64,000 nt of DNA. Origin: an uncultured Bacilli bacterium (lineage in GTDB: Bacteria > Bacillota_I > Bacilli_A > RF39 > UBA660). The DNA lies in NCBI GenBank assembly GCA_934141575.1, contig CAKPCJ010000001.1, positions 9,455-73,454 on the forward strand, in the 5' to 3' direction. Under the pieces are notes generated by a model. The model made no database searches. It had not been told where the DNA came from and worked only from the letters and a program-made list of their open reading frames with translations. Position 1 is the stretch's first letter. Every line of letters begins with the position of its first letter. Position numbers and translations under genes: made by a program. This document shows positions 38,999 to 49,331 of the stretch, piece after piece.

Positions 38999-39883
38999 TT
39001 ATTTTAACATTTCATTTCTATAATCATTGCTTTCAGTTGCATCAAATCCATCTGGTAAATACTTATGAGGTATATAATCATTATATTTGATATCCATAAA
39101 GTAATTACAGAATATCATTTCAACATATATTATTCTACTATTACCATCAGTTATTGCATATACAAACCCTTGATATGAATCTGATTCCATTGCTAATAAT
39201 TTATAATTAGTAAATCCAGTTACACCATAATAACCAATATAATCTTGAATACCATATTTATTTAATCTTTCAACTTCTTTGTAATATTCATCTTCTGAAT
39301 AATCAACAACTAAATATGATAAATATTGTTTATCCCATGCATCTAAATAAATCATTTTAAAATCTTTAACATTTAATCCTTCAACTGATGTCGGAAATAT
39401 TTCTTCTGACATTCCCCATTTATCTTTATACTCTTTGTTTGCATTAACTCCAATAACTTCTTGATATTTACTTGTATCAGTTATTATTGTATTTTTATTT
39501 AATCCACCCATAAATATAAATATGCAACTAAATGCAATTATTAAACCAATAGCAATTATTCCAACTATAATTGAAATAAACTTAAATATATTTCTTAGTT
39601 TTTTCATCTTATAATATTCTTTTAGAATCAAATCTAGATTTTCAATACTATGTGTTTCTATTTCATTCTTTTGGATTTTCTCTCCACTTAAAAACTCATT
39701 AACATCAATATCTAATATATTGCATAGTTCTTTTAAGATAGAATAATCAGGCATAGTATTACCATTTTCCCATCTACTTACACTTCTATTAGATACACCT
39801 AATTTTTCTGCAAGTTGTTCTTGAGTAATATTTTTATCTTTTCGACACTTTGCAATAAACTTACCAATCTTTTCTTGATTCAT
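38999..39883 (-). CDS. Membrane-anchored XRE-family transcriptional regulator (N-terminal HTH, single TM, extracytoplasmic C-terminal domain)
   Basis: N-terminal IGKFIAKCRKDKNITQEQLAEKLGVSNRSVSRWENGNTMP HTH_3, central hydrophobic helix FKFISIIVGIIAIGLIIAFSCIFIF, and a roughly 160-aa C-terminal domain. Confidence 0.6.
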   Translation of the reverse strand: MNQEKIGKFIAKCRKDKNITQEQLAEKLGVSNRSVSRWENGNTMPDYSILKELCNILDIDVNEFLSGEKIQKNEIETHSIENLDLILKEYYKMKKLRNIFKFISIIVGIIAIGLIIAFSCIFIFMGGLNKNTIITDTSKYQEVIGVNANKEYKDKWGMSEEIFPTSVEGLNVKDFKMIYLDAWDKQYLSYLVVDYSEDEYYKEVERLNKYGIQDYIGYYGVTGFTNYKLLAMESDSYQGFVYAITDGNSRIIYVEMIFCNYFMDIKYNDYIPHKYLPDGFDATESNDYRNEMLK

Positions 39884-40023
39884 AAAATTTCTCCTTTCTG
39901 GAATAAATTATATATTTATATTGCTTTTATGTAGAGGACATAAAGTGAGAATTTAACTTATATATTTATTTTACCATATTTTTGGAAAATCCGAGTATTC
40001 GTAAAAACTTCTATTTTCCGAAC

Positions 40024-40049
40024 ACAAAAAAAGCTGGTTTTACCCAGCC
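40024..40049 (-). terminator. Rho-independent terminator after ppdK
   Basis: gctggttttacccagc hairpin; the A-run at 40025-40031 on plus gives a T-run on the minus-strand transcript. Confidence 0.55.
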
Positions 40050-40060
40050 TTTACGTATGT

Positions 40061-42694
40061 TTATTTAGATTCCTTAGAGCGAATTGATGCTTGTGCAGCA
40101 GCTAATCTAGCTGTTGGAACTCTAAATGGAGAACAAGAAACATAAGTTAATCCTATTTTATCACAATAACATATACTTTCGGGTTCTCCAGCATGTTCGC
40201 CGCATATTCCAAGTTCGATATTTGGTCTAGTGTTTTTCCCTTTTTCAATTGCTATTTCCATTAGTTTTCCAATACCATGTTGATCAATTTTTGCAAAAGG
40301 ATCAAAGCTAAATATTTTCTTTTTATAATAATCTTTTAAGAATTTACCAGAATCATCCCTAGAAAAACCATATGATAATTGAGTTAAATCGTTTGTACCG
40401 AAAGAGAAAAACTCAGCCTCGCTAGCAATTTCATCAGCTAAAATTGCAGCTCTAGGTACTTCTATCATAGTACCTATATGATAATCAATTCTATCATTTT
40501 TCTTTGCAAATATATTTTCTGCGGTTTCTACAACTATTGATTTAACATATTTCAATTCCCTTAAATCGCCAATAAGAGGTATCATTATTTCTGGTTTTAC
40601 TGGAATGCCCTCGTTTTTAACATTAAGAGCAGCCTCAATAATCGCAGTTGTTTGCATTACTGCTATTTCTGGATAAGTAACATCAAGCCTGCAGCCTCTG
40701 TGTCCCATCATAGGATTAAATTCTTTTAAAGACTCTACTCTTTCTTTTAATTTTTCAAAAGAGATTCCAATTGAACTAGCTAACTCTTTTATTTCTTCAT
40801 CAGTATGAGGTAAAAATTCATGAAGTGGTGGATCAAGGTATCTAACTGTAACAGGAAGTCCATTCATTGCTCTAAACAACCCTTCAAAATCTTCTCTTTG
40901 CATAGGCAATATTTTAGAAAGTGCAATTTTTCGCTGTTCTAAATTTTCAGCAACTATCATTTTTCTCATAGCAAAAATTCTGTTCTCTTCAAAAAACATA
41001 TGCTCAGTTCTACATAATCCAATACCTTGAGCGCCAAATTTATATGCTTGAATAGCATCTCTAGGCGTATCAGCATTAGTTCTTACTTCAAGTCTTCTAA
41101 TTTCATCAGCCCAATTCATAAGAGTTTCAAACTCGCCGCTTATTTCAGGATCAACAGTATCTATTTTTTCACCATAGACATTTCCTGTACTTCCATCTAA
41201 TGAAAGATAATCCATTCCCTTATAGACTGTACCTTTTAAAGTAGTTAATGTCTTTTTTACTTCATCTACCATTATTTCACCACAACCACATATACAGCAT
41301 GTTCCCATTCCGCGTGCAACAACAGCTGCATGTGAAGTCATGCCGCCTCTAACTGTAAGTACGCCATCAACAACATTCATACCTTCTATATCTTCAGGAG
41401 AAGTTTCAGTTCTTACTAATATCAAGTTCTTTTCACCGGAATTATGTAACTTTACAGCATCTTCGGCACTAAAGCACAATTTTCCAGTAGCAGCCCCAGG
41501 TGAAGCAGCCAATCCTTTTGCTATTACAGTTGACGACATTAATTTATCATTATCAAAAGTAGGATGTAATAATTGATCTAGTTGATTTGGTTCTATTCTA
41601 AGTAAAGCCTCTTCTTTTGTAATCCTTTTTTCTTGTACTAAATCAACTGCAATCTTTATAGCAGCTCTAGCAGTTCTTTTACCATTTCTTGTTTGTAACA
41701 TATATAGTTTTCCATCTTCAATAGTAAACTCCATATCTTGCATATCTTTATAATGTTCCTCTAGTTTTTTAGCTATATTTGAAAATTGTTCGTATATATC
41801 AGGCATAATTTCTTTAAGAGTTTCAATTGGCTTTGGAGTTCTTATACCAGCAACAACATCCTCACCTTGAGCATTAATTAAGTATTCACCATATAGCTTA
41901 TTTTCTCCAGTAGCTGGGTTCCTAGTAAAGGCAACACCAGTTCCAGAATTTTCACCACTATTACCATACACCATTTCTTGAACATTTACAGCAGTTCCCC
42001 ATTCTTCAGGAATATTATTTAGCTTTCTGTAAGTAATTGCCCTATCATTCATCCAAGATCTGAATACAGCTTGAACAGCTTCAATAAGTTGAGTTTTAGG
42101 TTCTTGAGGAAATTGCTCGCCAGAAAGTTCAAAATAGTTTGATTTAAATCTCTGAGTTATTTCCTTCATGTCATCGCCAGTAAGTTCTAAATCATCACTT
42201 ATATTTTTTTCTTCCTTTATTCTATCAAAATATTTTTCAAACGATTCCTTAGGATAACCCTTTACAACATCTGCAAACATTTGAATGAATCTTCTATATG
42301 AATCATAAGCAAATCTAACATTATTTGTTTTTTTAGCAAGGCCCTCTACAACTTCATCGTTAATTCCCAAATTCAATACAGTGTCCATCATTCCAGGCAT
42401 TGAAACTCTAGCACCACTTCTAACAGAAACTAAAAGTGGATTATTTGGATTGCCAAAAGACTTTCCAGATTTTTTTTCAAGCATTTCTACGTTAGTGTAT
42501 ATCTGGTTAACAATTTCTTCTGAAATAGTTTTATTGCTATTGTAATAATCAACGCAAGCCTCTGTTGTAACAGTAAAACCACTAGGAACAAGAAGCCCTA
42601 TTTTAGTCATTTCAGCCAAATTTGCACCCTTACCCCCAAGTAAATCTTTCATAGATTTGTCGCCTTCATCAAAGGCATAAACATATTTTGCCAT
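40061..42694 (-). CDS. ppdK: Pyruvate, phosphate dikinase
   Basis: 877 aa. N-terminal ATP-grasp region GGKGANLAEM, central phosphohistidine domain GGMTSHAAVVARGMG, C-terminal PEP-utilising TIM barrel (CGEHAG). Confidence 0.92.
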   Translation of the reverse strand: MAKYVYAFDEGDKSMKDLLGGKGANLAEMTKIGLLVPSGFTVTTEACVDYYNSNKTISEEIVNQIYTNVEMLEKKSGKSFGNPNNPLLVSVRSGARVSMPGMMDTVLNLGINDEVVEGLAKKTNNVRFAYDSYRRFIQMFADVVKGYPKESFEKYFDRIKEEKNISDDLELTGDDMKEITQRFKSNYFELSGEQFPQEPKTQLIEAVQAVFRSWMNDRAITYRKLNNIPEEWGTAVNVQEMVYGNSGENSGTGVAFTRNPATGENKLYGEYLINAQGEDVVAGIRTPKPIETLKEIMPDIYEQFSNIAKKLEEHYKDMQDMEFTIEDGKLYMLQTRNGKRTARAAIKIAVDLVQEKRITKEEALLRIEPNQLDQLLHPTFDNDKLMSSTVIAKGLAASPGAATGKLCFSAEDAVKLHNSGEKNLILVRTETSPEDIEGMNVVDGVLTVRGGMTSHAAVVARGMGTCCICGCGEIMVDEVKKTLTTLKGTVYKGMDYLSLDGSTGNVYGEKIDTVDPEISGEFETLMNWADEIRRLEVRTNADTPRDAIQAYKFGAQGIGLCRTEHMFFEENRIFAMRKMIVAENLEQRKIALSKILPMQREDFEGLFRAMNGLPVTVRYLDPPLHEFLPHTDEEIKELASSIGISFEKLKERVESLKEFNPMMGHRGCRLDVTYPEIAVMQTTAIIEAALNVKNEGIPVKPEIMIPLIGDLRELKYVKSIVVETAENIFAKKNDRIDYHIGTMIEVPRAAILADEIASEAEFFSFGTNDLTQLSYGFSRDDSGKFLKDYYKKKIFSFDPFAKIDQHGIGKLMEIAIEKGKNTRPNIELGICGEHAGEPESICYCDKIGLTYVSCSPFRVPTARLAAAQASIRSKESK

Positions 42695-42751
42695 ATATTC
42701 TCCTTCCTACTACTTTACTAATAAATTATAACATATAAAAAACATATATTA

Positions 42752-43675
42752 TCATATATGTTTTCTTTGGTTTACATTATTTTGAGATCTCGGATGTGAA
42801 CTTAAATACACATTTCTTAAATGCTCTTTAGATAAATGAGTATATATACTAGTCGTACTCAAATTTTTATGTCCAAGAAGTTCTTTAACAGTAAGTAAAT
42901 CTGCACCCTCATTCAATAAATGAGTTGCAAAGGTATGTCTCAATGTATGAGGGGTTACATGTGAATTAACTCTGGATTTAGAAGCAACCAAATTAATTAT
43001 GTTTCTAACACTCCTATCAGTTAATGCTCCACCTCTACTATTCAAAAATAAATACTCACTCTTTTTATTTCCTAAAAGTTGTATTCTACTAAAAGAAATA
43101 TATTTATCAATTTTTTCAGCGGCATAATCCCCATATAACACTATTCTTTCTTTATGACCCTTACCAAGTATTTTAATTGTTTTTGCATCTATATTTATAT
43201 CAGACATTTTAATATTAACAAGTTCGCTAACACGAACCCCTGTAGAGTATAAAAGTTCAATTATAAGTTCATTCCTTACATTAATTGCTGTATCAGTCTC
43301 TTCTACATTTAACATTTTTTCTATTTCATTAGTATATAAATAATTTGGCAATTTTCTATCCTTTTTTAGAGAAGATACATTATCAAAGGGATTTGACTTA
43401 ATTAAATTTTCTTCGCACAAATATGAATAAAATCCTCTTATTGCACTAAGTTTTCTATTAATTGAGGTTTTCTTATATTTTTTATCATACAAAAAAGACA
43501 TATATTGTTGAATGTCATGATATTGTATTGAGCCGTACTCTATATTATTGAAAGATAAAAATTCTAAATAATCATTCAAATCTCTTTCGTAGTTTTCTAC
43601 AGTATAAGTAGAATATTTTTTTTGGTACATTATTGAATCTAAATACTTTTTCAGCAAATTCTTTGATTCACACAT
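42752..43675 (-). CDS. Tyrosine site-specific recombinase, XerC/XerD family (XerC-like); start uncertain
   Basis: C-terminal HTLRHTFATHLLNEGADLLTVKELLGHKNLSTTSIYTHL. The track ORF extends to 43771, but the likely start is the internal Met (MCESKNLLKKYLD) near 43675. Confidence 0.7.
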   Translation of the reverse strand: MCESKNLLKKYLDSIMYQKKYSTYTVENYERDLNDYLEFLSFNNIEYGSIQYHDIQQYMSFLYDKKYKKTSINRKLSAIRGFYSYLCEENLIKSNPFDNVSSLKKDRKLPNYLYTNEIEKMLNVEETDTAINVRNELIIELLYSTGVRVSELVNIKMSDINIDAKTIKILGKGHKERIVLYGDYAAEKIDKYISFSRIQLLGNKKSEYLFLNSRGGALTDRSVRNIINLVASKSRVNSHVTPHTLRHTFATHLLNEGADLLTVKELLGHKNLSTTSIYTHLSKEHLRNVYLSSHPRSQNNVNQRKHI

Positions 43676-43682
43676 CTCATTC

Positions 43683-44465
43683 TCACTTCTTATATATATT
43701 AGTAATAAATAAATCTTCTTCAGCAATTTGTGAACTAATAATATTGCTATTAAATTTTGATAGTTCACCATTACATAATTGTGCCACTAAATATAAACTA
43801 CGAGACTTGTAATAGGACTTATTACATAGCGATTTGATGAGAAAAGATAACATAGAATTTCTTTTATTAAAATCATTTGCTGTTTGGCGCAATTTTAAAT
43901 AATATTTATATGAATCTTGGGAAAGCATTATCTTAGAATCAACATTCCTTTGTAGTTCTTCATAAAATGGAAGTTCATTTATCCAATTTTCTTTTAATAA
44001 AGAGGCTTGAATTCGCTGAATATCAACTATTTGAACAGAATTATTGTTATCGCTTTCATATTGTTTAGAATATAATTTCAAAATATTTCCAACAAATATT
44101 TCATTCTGAGTAACTTTTGCAAATATTTTTTCGGGTGTTATTTTTCCAGAACCATATAAAACAGGCAAAACTATATCAGAAGATACATTATTCATAGTAT
44201 TACGCGTAGTCAAATAAAATTCAAAAGTTTCACATTCATCATCTAATAGATAAGCATCCTGTAAATCATCAAATATGTTTGATAAACAAATTTTCAAATG
44301 ATAATCAGAAATAACACCATTTGTCAAAATATTCTTTAAAAGTTCACGCTTTGTATAACATCTAGAAGTCAAAGAATCAATTGATTGCAACGTATCGCAT
44401 AAAATCAAAACAGTTTTATCATTACAATGCAAATACAAATTCGTTTTTTGATATCGTATATTCAT
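43683..44465 (-). CDS. Hypothetical protein downstream of mutL
   Basis: 260-aa ORF, 8 nt after the mutL stop. No motif recognised. Confidence 0.4.
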   Translation of the reverse strand: MNIRYQKTNLYLHCNDKTVLILCDTLQSIDSLTSRCYTKRELLKNILTNGVISDYHLKICLSNIFDDLQDAYLLDDECETFEFYLTTRNTMNNVSSDIVLPVLYGSGKITPEKIFAKVTQNEIFVGNILKLYSKQYESDNNNSVQIVDIQRIQASLLKENWINELPFYEELQRNVDSKIMLSQDSYKYYLKLRQTANDFNKRNSMLSFLIKSLCNKSYYKSRSLYLVAQLCNGELSKFNSNIISSQIAEEDLFITNIYKK

Positions 44466-44473
44466 AAAACCTC

Positions 44474-46225
44474 CTAATTAGCTCGTTTAAACATTTTCTC
44501 AAGTTCATATATACTATAATGAATTATAGTTGGTCTTCCATGAGGACAAGTGTACGCATTTTTACATTTTCTAAGCTCTTCAATTAAACTCTTAGCCTCA
44601 TCCATACTTATATATGTATTTCCTTTAATTGAAGCTTTACACGCCATAGTAGCAGCTAAATGATCATTAAATTTTTTCAACTCAAAGTCTTTTTCTTTGT
44701 TTATAATCTCATCTATTATTATGGGTATAGTTTTATCAGCATCCTTGAGCCATGTTGGATGCTCAGTTATTCTAAATGTATTAATGCCAAACTCCTCAAT
44801 AGTAATACCTATATTATTAAGTATATTAATATTTTTTTGTAAAATAAAAAACTCATTATTTGATAATTCAATAGTTATTGGAACAAGAAGCCCTATTCTG
44901 CTATCAGCACCACTATTTAACTTTTCTACATATAATTCGTAATTAACTCTTTCCTTTGCAGCATGTTGGTCTATCATATACATTCCTAAGTCATTTTCAC
45001 ATATTATATATGTTCCATGAACAACACCTATTGGGTAAAGTGGAGGAACCTCCACTGTTTTGGCAGATTGTTCATCAAAATCATTAAGATCATCCAAATC
45101 TAATTTTGGCATAGTTTTTTCATTTAAAGGTTTAGACGGCTCAGCTGCAAAAAAGTCTTCACCGTTTATTATCGGAGAAAATTCTATGCTATTCAAATTT
45201 TCAGTAATTTCATCTACTTTACTAGGTGCTTCAGGAATCAAATTTATTTTATACAACGCAGCTTTAATTGTTTTATTTATAAGTTCCTTCAACGTATCTA
45301 TTTTAGAAAATTTTATATCTGCTTTTGTTGGGTGAATGTTTATATCAATAAGAGTAGGATCAACATCTATTTTAAGTACAACTATAGGATATTTGTCATC
45401 TGGTTTAAAAGTATGATAACTATCATTTATACACCTATTTATTTCTTGATTTTTTACAACTCTATTATTAACGAGTGTTGTAATATGAGTCCTTGTAGAC
45501 CTAGTAACTTCAGGATATGTAATATAGCCAAAAATACTATAATCATCATTTTCAGCTTTAATCTCAACCATTTTTTTAGTAACGGATAATCCATATATGT
45601 TATTTATAACTTTAAGTATGTTACCACTACCATCAGTTTTAAATAATTCTTTATCATCGTTAATCAGAGTAAACCTTATATTTGAATATGAAAGTGCTAT
45701 TTTATTTACATACTCGCAAATATTTGCAAGTTCACTATATAAAGAACTCAAGTGTTTTAACCTGGCAGGAGTATTATAAAATATACTTTTAACAGAAACA
45801 GATGTCCCGTTTCTATAATCACCAACACTCTCTTCCAAAATAGATCCGCCCTTAATACGAATCAAAGTGCTTTCAATTCCATTACAAGTAACTAAAGTAA
45901 TCTCAGATACAGATGCAATAGATGGCAATGCTTCACCTCTAAAACCTAAAGTCATTATATGATAAAGCTCTCGTTCATCAGTTAGTTTACTAGAGGCATG
46001 CGGCATAAAACAAAGTTTTGCATCTTCTTTATCCATACCACATCCATTATCAGTTACTTTTATTTCTTTAAAACCGGATTCTCTAAGCTCCACTTTAATC
46101 TCTGTGCTTTTAGCATCTATACTATTTTCTACAAGTTCCTTAACAACAGAAACCAAACTCTGAACTACCTCTCCGGCCGCTATCTTATTGGATAAATCAT
46201 TATCCATTATTTTGATAACACTCAT
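44474..46225 (-). CDS. mutL: DNA mismatch repair protein MutL
   Basis: 583 aa. N-terminal GHKL ATPase motifs IAAGEVVQSLVSVVKELVENSIDA, DNGCGM, GFRGEAL. C-terminal dimerisation/endonuclease region with CPHGRP. Confidence 0.9.
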   Translation of the reverse strand: MSVIKIMDNDLSNKIAAGEVVQSLVSVVKELVENSIDAKSTEIKVELRESGFKEIKVTDNGCGMDKEDAKLCFMPHASSKLTDERELYHIMTLGFRGEALPSIASVSEITLVTCNGIESTLIRIKGGSILEESVGDYRNGTSVSVKSIFYNTPARLKHLSSLYSELANICEYVNKIALSYSNIRFTLINDDKELFKTDGSGNILKVINNIYGLSVTKKMVEIKAENDDYSIFGYITYPEVTRSTRTHITTLVNNRVVKNQEINRCINDSYHTFKPDDKYPIVVLKIDVDPTLIDINIHPTKADIKFSKIDTLKELINKTIKAALYKINLIPEAPSKVDEITENLNSIEFSPIINGEDFFAAEPSKPLNEKTMPKLDLDDLNDFDEQSAKTVEVPPLYPIGVVHGTYIICENDLGMYMIDQHAAKERVNYELYVEKLNSGADSRIGLLVPITIELSNNEFFILQKNINILNNIGITIEEFGINTFRITEHPTWLKDADKTIPIIIDEIINKEKDFELKKFNDHLAATMACKASIKGNTYISMDEAKSLIEELRKCKNAYTCPHGRPTIIHYSIYELEKMFKRAN

Positions 46226-46244
46226 TTTATCACTTCATTTCTAA

Positions 46245-47093
46245 TTATTCTTTTCCCAACTTAAGTGCAACTATAGTGCCAATAGCTAGAGTAACAGCAG
46301 AAATCATAAGTGTAGGAATCGTAACTGCTGTAAAATCCGCTTGGCAAAGTATTGCAAATGGAGAAGCAACTATTAGTCCAAGTATACTAGCAAAAACATA
46401 TGATGGACACTTTTTTAGCAAAAACTCAATTATTTTAGCAATAACTATAATTCCAACAACAGCACCTATCCCAAATGGAAGTAAAATTCCTATTGAATTT
46501 AAAATGCCATTCATATCAAATGCAGTAAGTGCTTTAATAAAACTAGTAATATTAGATGTTATAGGATGATAATATCCAAGCAAAGTTAACATCATAGAAC
46601 CACTAACGCCTGGTATAACCATAGTAGCAGCTGCAACTATACCAATTGTAAAAAGTTTAATAACCTCAACAGCATTTAATTTTATAACAACATCCGCACC
46701 GGTTGAAGTTTTTGCGATTCCCATAAACACAACCAAAGCAGCAAATGCTAAAAATAGTAAAGCATGAACAATATTCAATTTATTTCCCTTTATTCTATTA
46801 ATTATTATAGGTAATCCACCAAGTATCAAACCCACAAACATAAAATTAGTTGGTATTGGGAACTTTTCAAATAAAAATGTGATTACAAAAGAAAATACAA
46901 TTATTCCAAGTGCCATTCCAATTGCATATGGAAATAATGTTTTAACGCTAGATTTAAAATTCTTAAACATATTAGTTATAGACCCAATAATTTTGTCATA
47001 AATTCCCATAGATACAGCAAGTGTACCACCACTTACACCTGGAATAACATTAGCTATTCCAATTATAATTCCTTTTAATATATCTCTTATCAT
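46245..47093 (-). CDS. DUF368-family membrane protein (candidate polyprenyl-phosphate transporter family)
   Basis: 282 aa. Internally duplicated PGVSGGT / PGVSGSM signature loops within an 8-10 TM protein. Confidence 0.65.
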   Translation of the reverse strand: MIRDILKGIIIGIANVIPGVSGGTLAVSMGIYDKIIGSITNMFKNFKSSVKTLFPYAIGMALGIIVFSFVITFLFEKFPIPTNFMFVGLILGGLPIIINRIKGNKLNIVHALLFLAFAALVVFMGIAKTSTGADVVIKLNAVEVIKLFTIGIVAAATMVIPGVSGSMMLTLLGYYHPITSNITSFIKALTAFDMNGILNSIGILLPFGIGAVVGIIVIAKIIEFLLKKCPSYVFASILGLIVASPFAILCQADFTAVTIPTLMISAVTLAIGTIVALKLGKE

Positions 47094-47104
47094 AAATTCC
47101 TCCG

Positions 47105-49255
47105 TTATTTTTCTTCGATTAAAGAAAGTGAAACCTTCTGTTTTTCCAAATTAATATCATACACATAGCAATCGACAATATCACCAACACTAACAACTTC
47201 ACTAGGATGTTTTATATATTTATTAGTTAATTTAGAAATATGTGCAAGACCATCATCGTGAAGACCTATATCAATAAATACGCCGAAATCAACTACGTTT
47301 CTGACAGTTCCCTGAAGTTTCATTCCTTTTTTTAAATCCTCAATCTTAAGTATATCACTCTTTAATAATGGCTTTGGCATATCATCTCTAGGATCCCTAT
47401 TAGGTTTTTTCAAATTTTCTATTATATCTTCCAATGTATAATGATCAACATTTAATTTTTGAGCTTCATCAAGGATATTAATGGAATCTAGTTTTTGAAC
47501 TAATTCTTCTTTTCCAATAGAATTCATAGGAACATTTATGTCGCTTAATAACCTTTCAGTTGTATCATAGCTTTCTGGATGTATAGAAGTACAATCCAAA
47601 GGATTACTTCCATCAACAATTCTAAGAAATCCAATAGCTTGCTCAAATGTCTTATCGTTTAAAAGCTTTGCTTTTTTAATTTCATTTCTAGACAATATCT
47701 TACCATTTGTATTTCTATAGTCTAGTAACTTATCTATATTTTTCTTAGTAATACCAGAAACATATTTTAATAATGCTGGACTTGCAGTATTAATATTAAC
47801 CCCAACTTGATTTACAGCTTTAGAAACAACAAAGTCAAGTGATTCAGACAATTTTTTATCAGAAACATCATGTTGATAAAGGCCAACGCCAATACTTTCT
47901 GGATCAATCTTAACAAGCTCGCTAAGTGGATCTTGAAGACGTCTGCCAATACTTATTGCGCTTCTCTTTTCAACAGTTAAATCTGGAAACTCTTCAATAG
48001 CTAATTTAGAAGCAGAATAAACACTTGCACCAGCCTCAGATACAATTATATATTCAACTTTCTTCTTAGAATCTTTTATTACGTCAGCTATAAATTTTTC
48101 GCTTTCTCTACTTGCAGTTCCATTACCGATAGCAATTATATTGATATCATATTTATCAATAAGTTTCAGTACCTTTTGTTTGCTTTTTTCAAATTCATTT
48201 TTAGGTTCATGAGGATATATAACCTCAATTGCTAATGGTTTACCAGTCTTATCAAGAACAGCAAGTTTGCATCCTGTTCTAAATGCCGGATCAAATCCAA
48301 GAACGTTCTTTTCCTTCATTGGAGGTTGCAACAATAATTTTTCTAGATTAACTCCGAAGTTATCAATAGCAACATCTTCGGCTTTTTCGCTTAATTCACT
48401 TCTAATTTCTCTTTCTATACTAGGAAATATAAGTCTTTTGTAGCTATCCTCAATAGCGGATATTATGATATCACACACAAATGAATCGAAGTTTTTTATT
48501 AATTTATTTTTTAAAAATTCTATATCTTTTTCTTTATTGGCAATAATCGAAACGCTTAAAATATTTTCTTTTTCTCCCCTATTAAGTGCAAGAACTCTAT
48601 GGGGTTTAATTTGTTTAAGTGGTTCTTGATAAGAATAATACATTTCGTATGTTTTATTAGGATCATCTGCATTCTTTTTTATTTTAGATTCTATAATTCC
48701 ATTATTATAGCAATTAATTCTTATAGTTTTTCGGTATGACGCATTATCACTTATCCATTCAGCTATTATGTATTTAGCCCCCGTAACAGCATCTTCAATA
48801 TTTTTAACATTATCATTTATATATTTACCTGCTATTTGTTCTATTGAACCATTAGTTGGAAAAGACATAATGATTTTAGCGAGTCCCTCTAAACCATTTT
48901 TTATTGCCTCAGTAGCCTTTGTTTTTTTCTTTTCCTTATAAGGTCTATATAAATCTTCAACTTCAACTAATTTAGATGCATTCATAATTTTTTCCCTAAG
49001 TTCATCAGTAAGTAGTTGTTTTTCGTCAATTAAACGTATTACATCCTCCTTTCTTTTTAAAAGGTTTACTTGATATTCATAAACTTCGCTTATTTTTCTG
49101 ATTTGTTCTTCATCTAATGAACCTGTTGCTTCTTTTCTATACCTAGCAATAAATGGTATAGTATTTCCATCAGACAAAAGCTCTAAAACAGCTTTTGTTT
49201 GTTGTTGTTTTATACTCAAATCATTACTTATCTCTTTTATTATTTCATCATTCAT
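47105..49255 (-). CDS. tex: Transcription accessory protein Tex (YqgF/RuvC-like, HhH and S1 domains)
   Basis: 716 aa. N-terminal QQQTKAVLELLSDGNTIPFIARYRKE and C-terminal S1 domain (GMKLQGTVRNVVDFGVFIDIG). Confidence 0.88.
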   Translation of the reverse strand: MNDEIIKEISNDLSIKQQQTKAVLELLSDGNTIPFIARYRKEATGSLDEEQIRKISEVYEYQVNLLKRKEDVIRLIDEKQLLTDELREKIMNASKLVEVEDLYRPYKEKKKTKATEAIKNGLEGLAKIIMSFPTNGSIEQIAGKYINDNVKNIEDAVTGAKYIIAEWISDNASYRKTIRINCYNNGIIESKIKKNADDPNKTYEMYYSYQEPLKQIKPHRVLALNRGEKENILSVSIIANKEKDIEFLKNKLIKNFDSFVCDIIISAIEDSYKRLIFPSIEREIRSELSEKAEDVAIDNFGVNLEKLLLQPPMKEKNVLGFDPAFRTGCKLAVLDKTGKPLAIEVIYPHEPKNEFEKSKQKVLKLIDKYDINIIAIGNGTASRESEKFIADVIKDSKKKVEYIIVSEAGASVYSASKLAIEEFPDLTVEKRSAISIGRRLQDPLSELVKIDPESIGVGLYQHDVSDKKLSESLDFVVSKAVNQVGVNINTASPALLKYVSGITKKNIDKLLDYRNTNGKILSRNEIKKAKLLNDKTFEQAIGFLRIVDGSNPLDCTSIHPESYDTTERLLSDINVPMNSIGKEELVQKLDSINILDEAQKLNVDHYTLEDIIENLKKPNRDPRDDMPKPLLKSDILKIEDLKKGMKLQGTVRNVVDFGVFIDIGLHDDGLAHISKLTNKYIKHPSEVVSVGDIVDCYVYDINLEKQKVSLSLIEEK

Positions 49256-49331
49256 ATTATCTAACCTCTAATCAATTGTATCATATATTTTATTTAAAAC
49301 AAAACATAAAAAAAGAAAAGTAAAAACTTTT

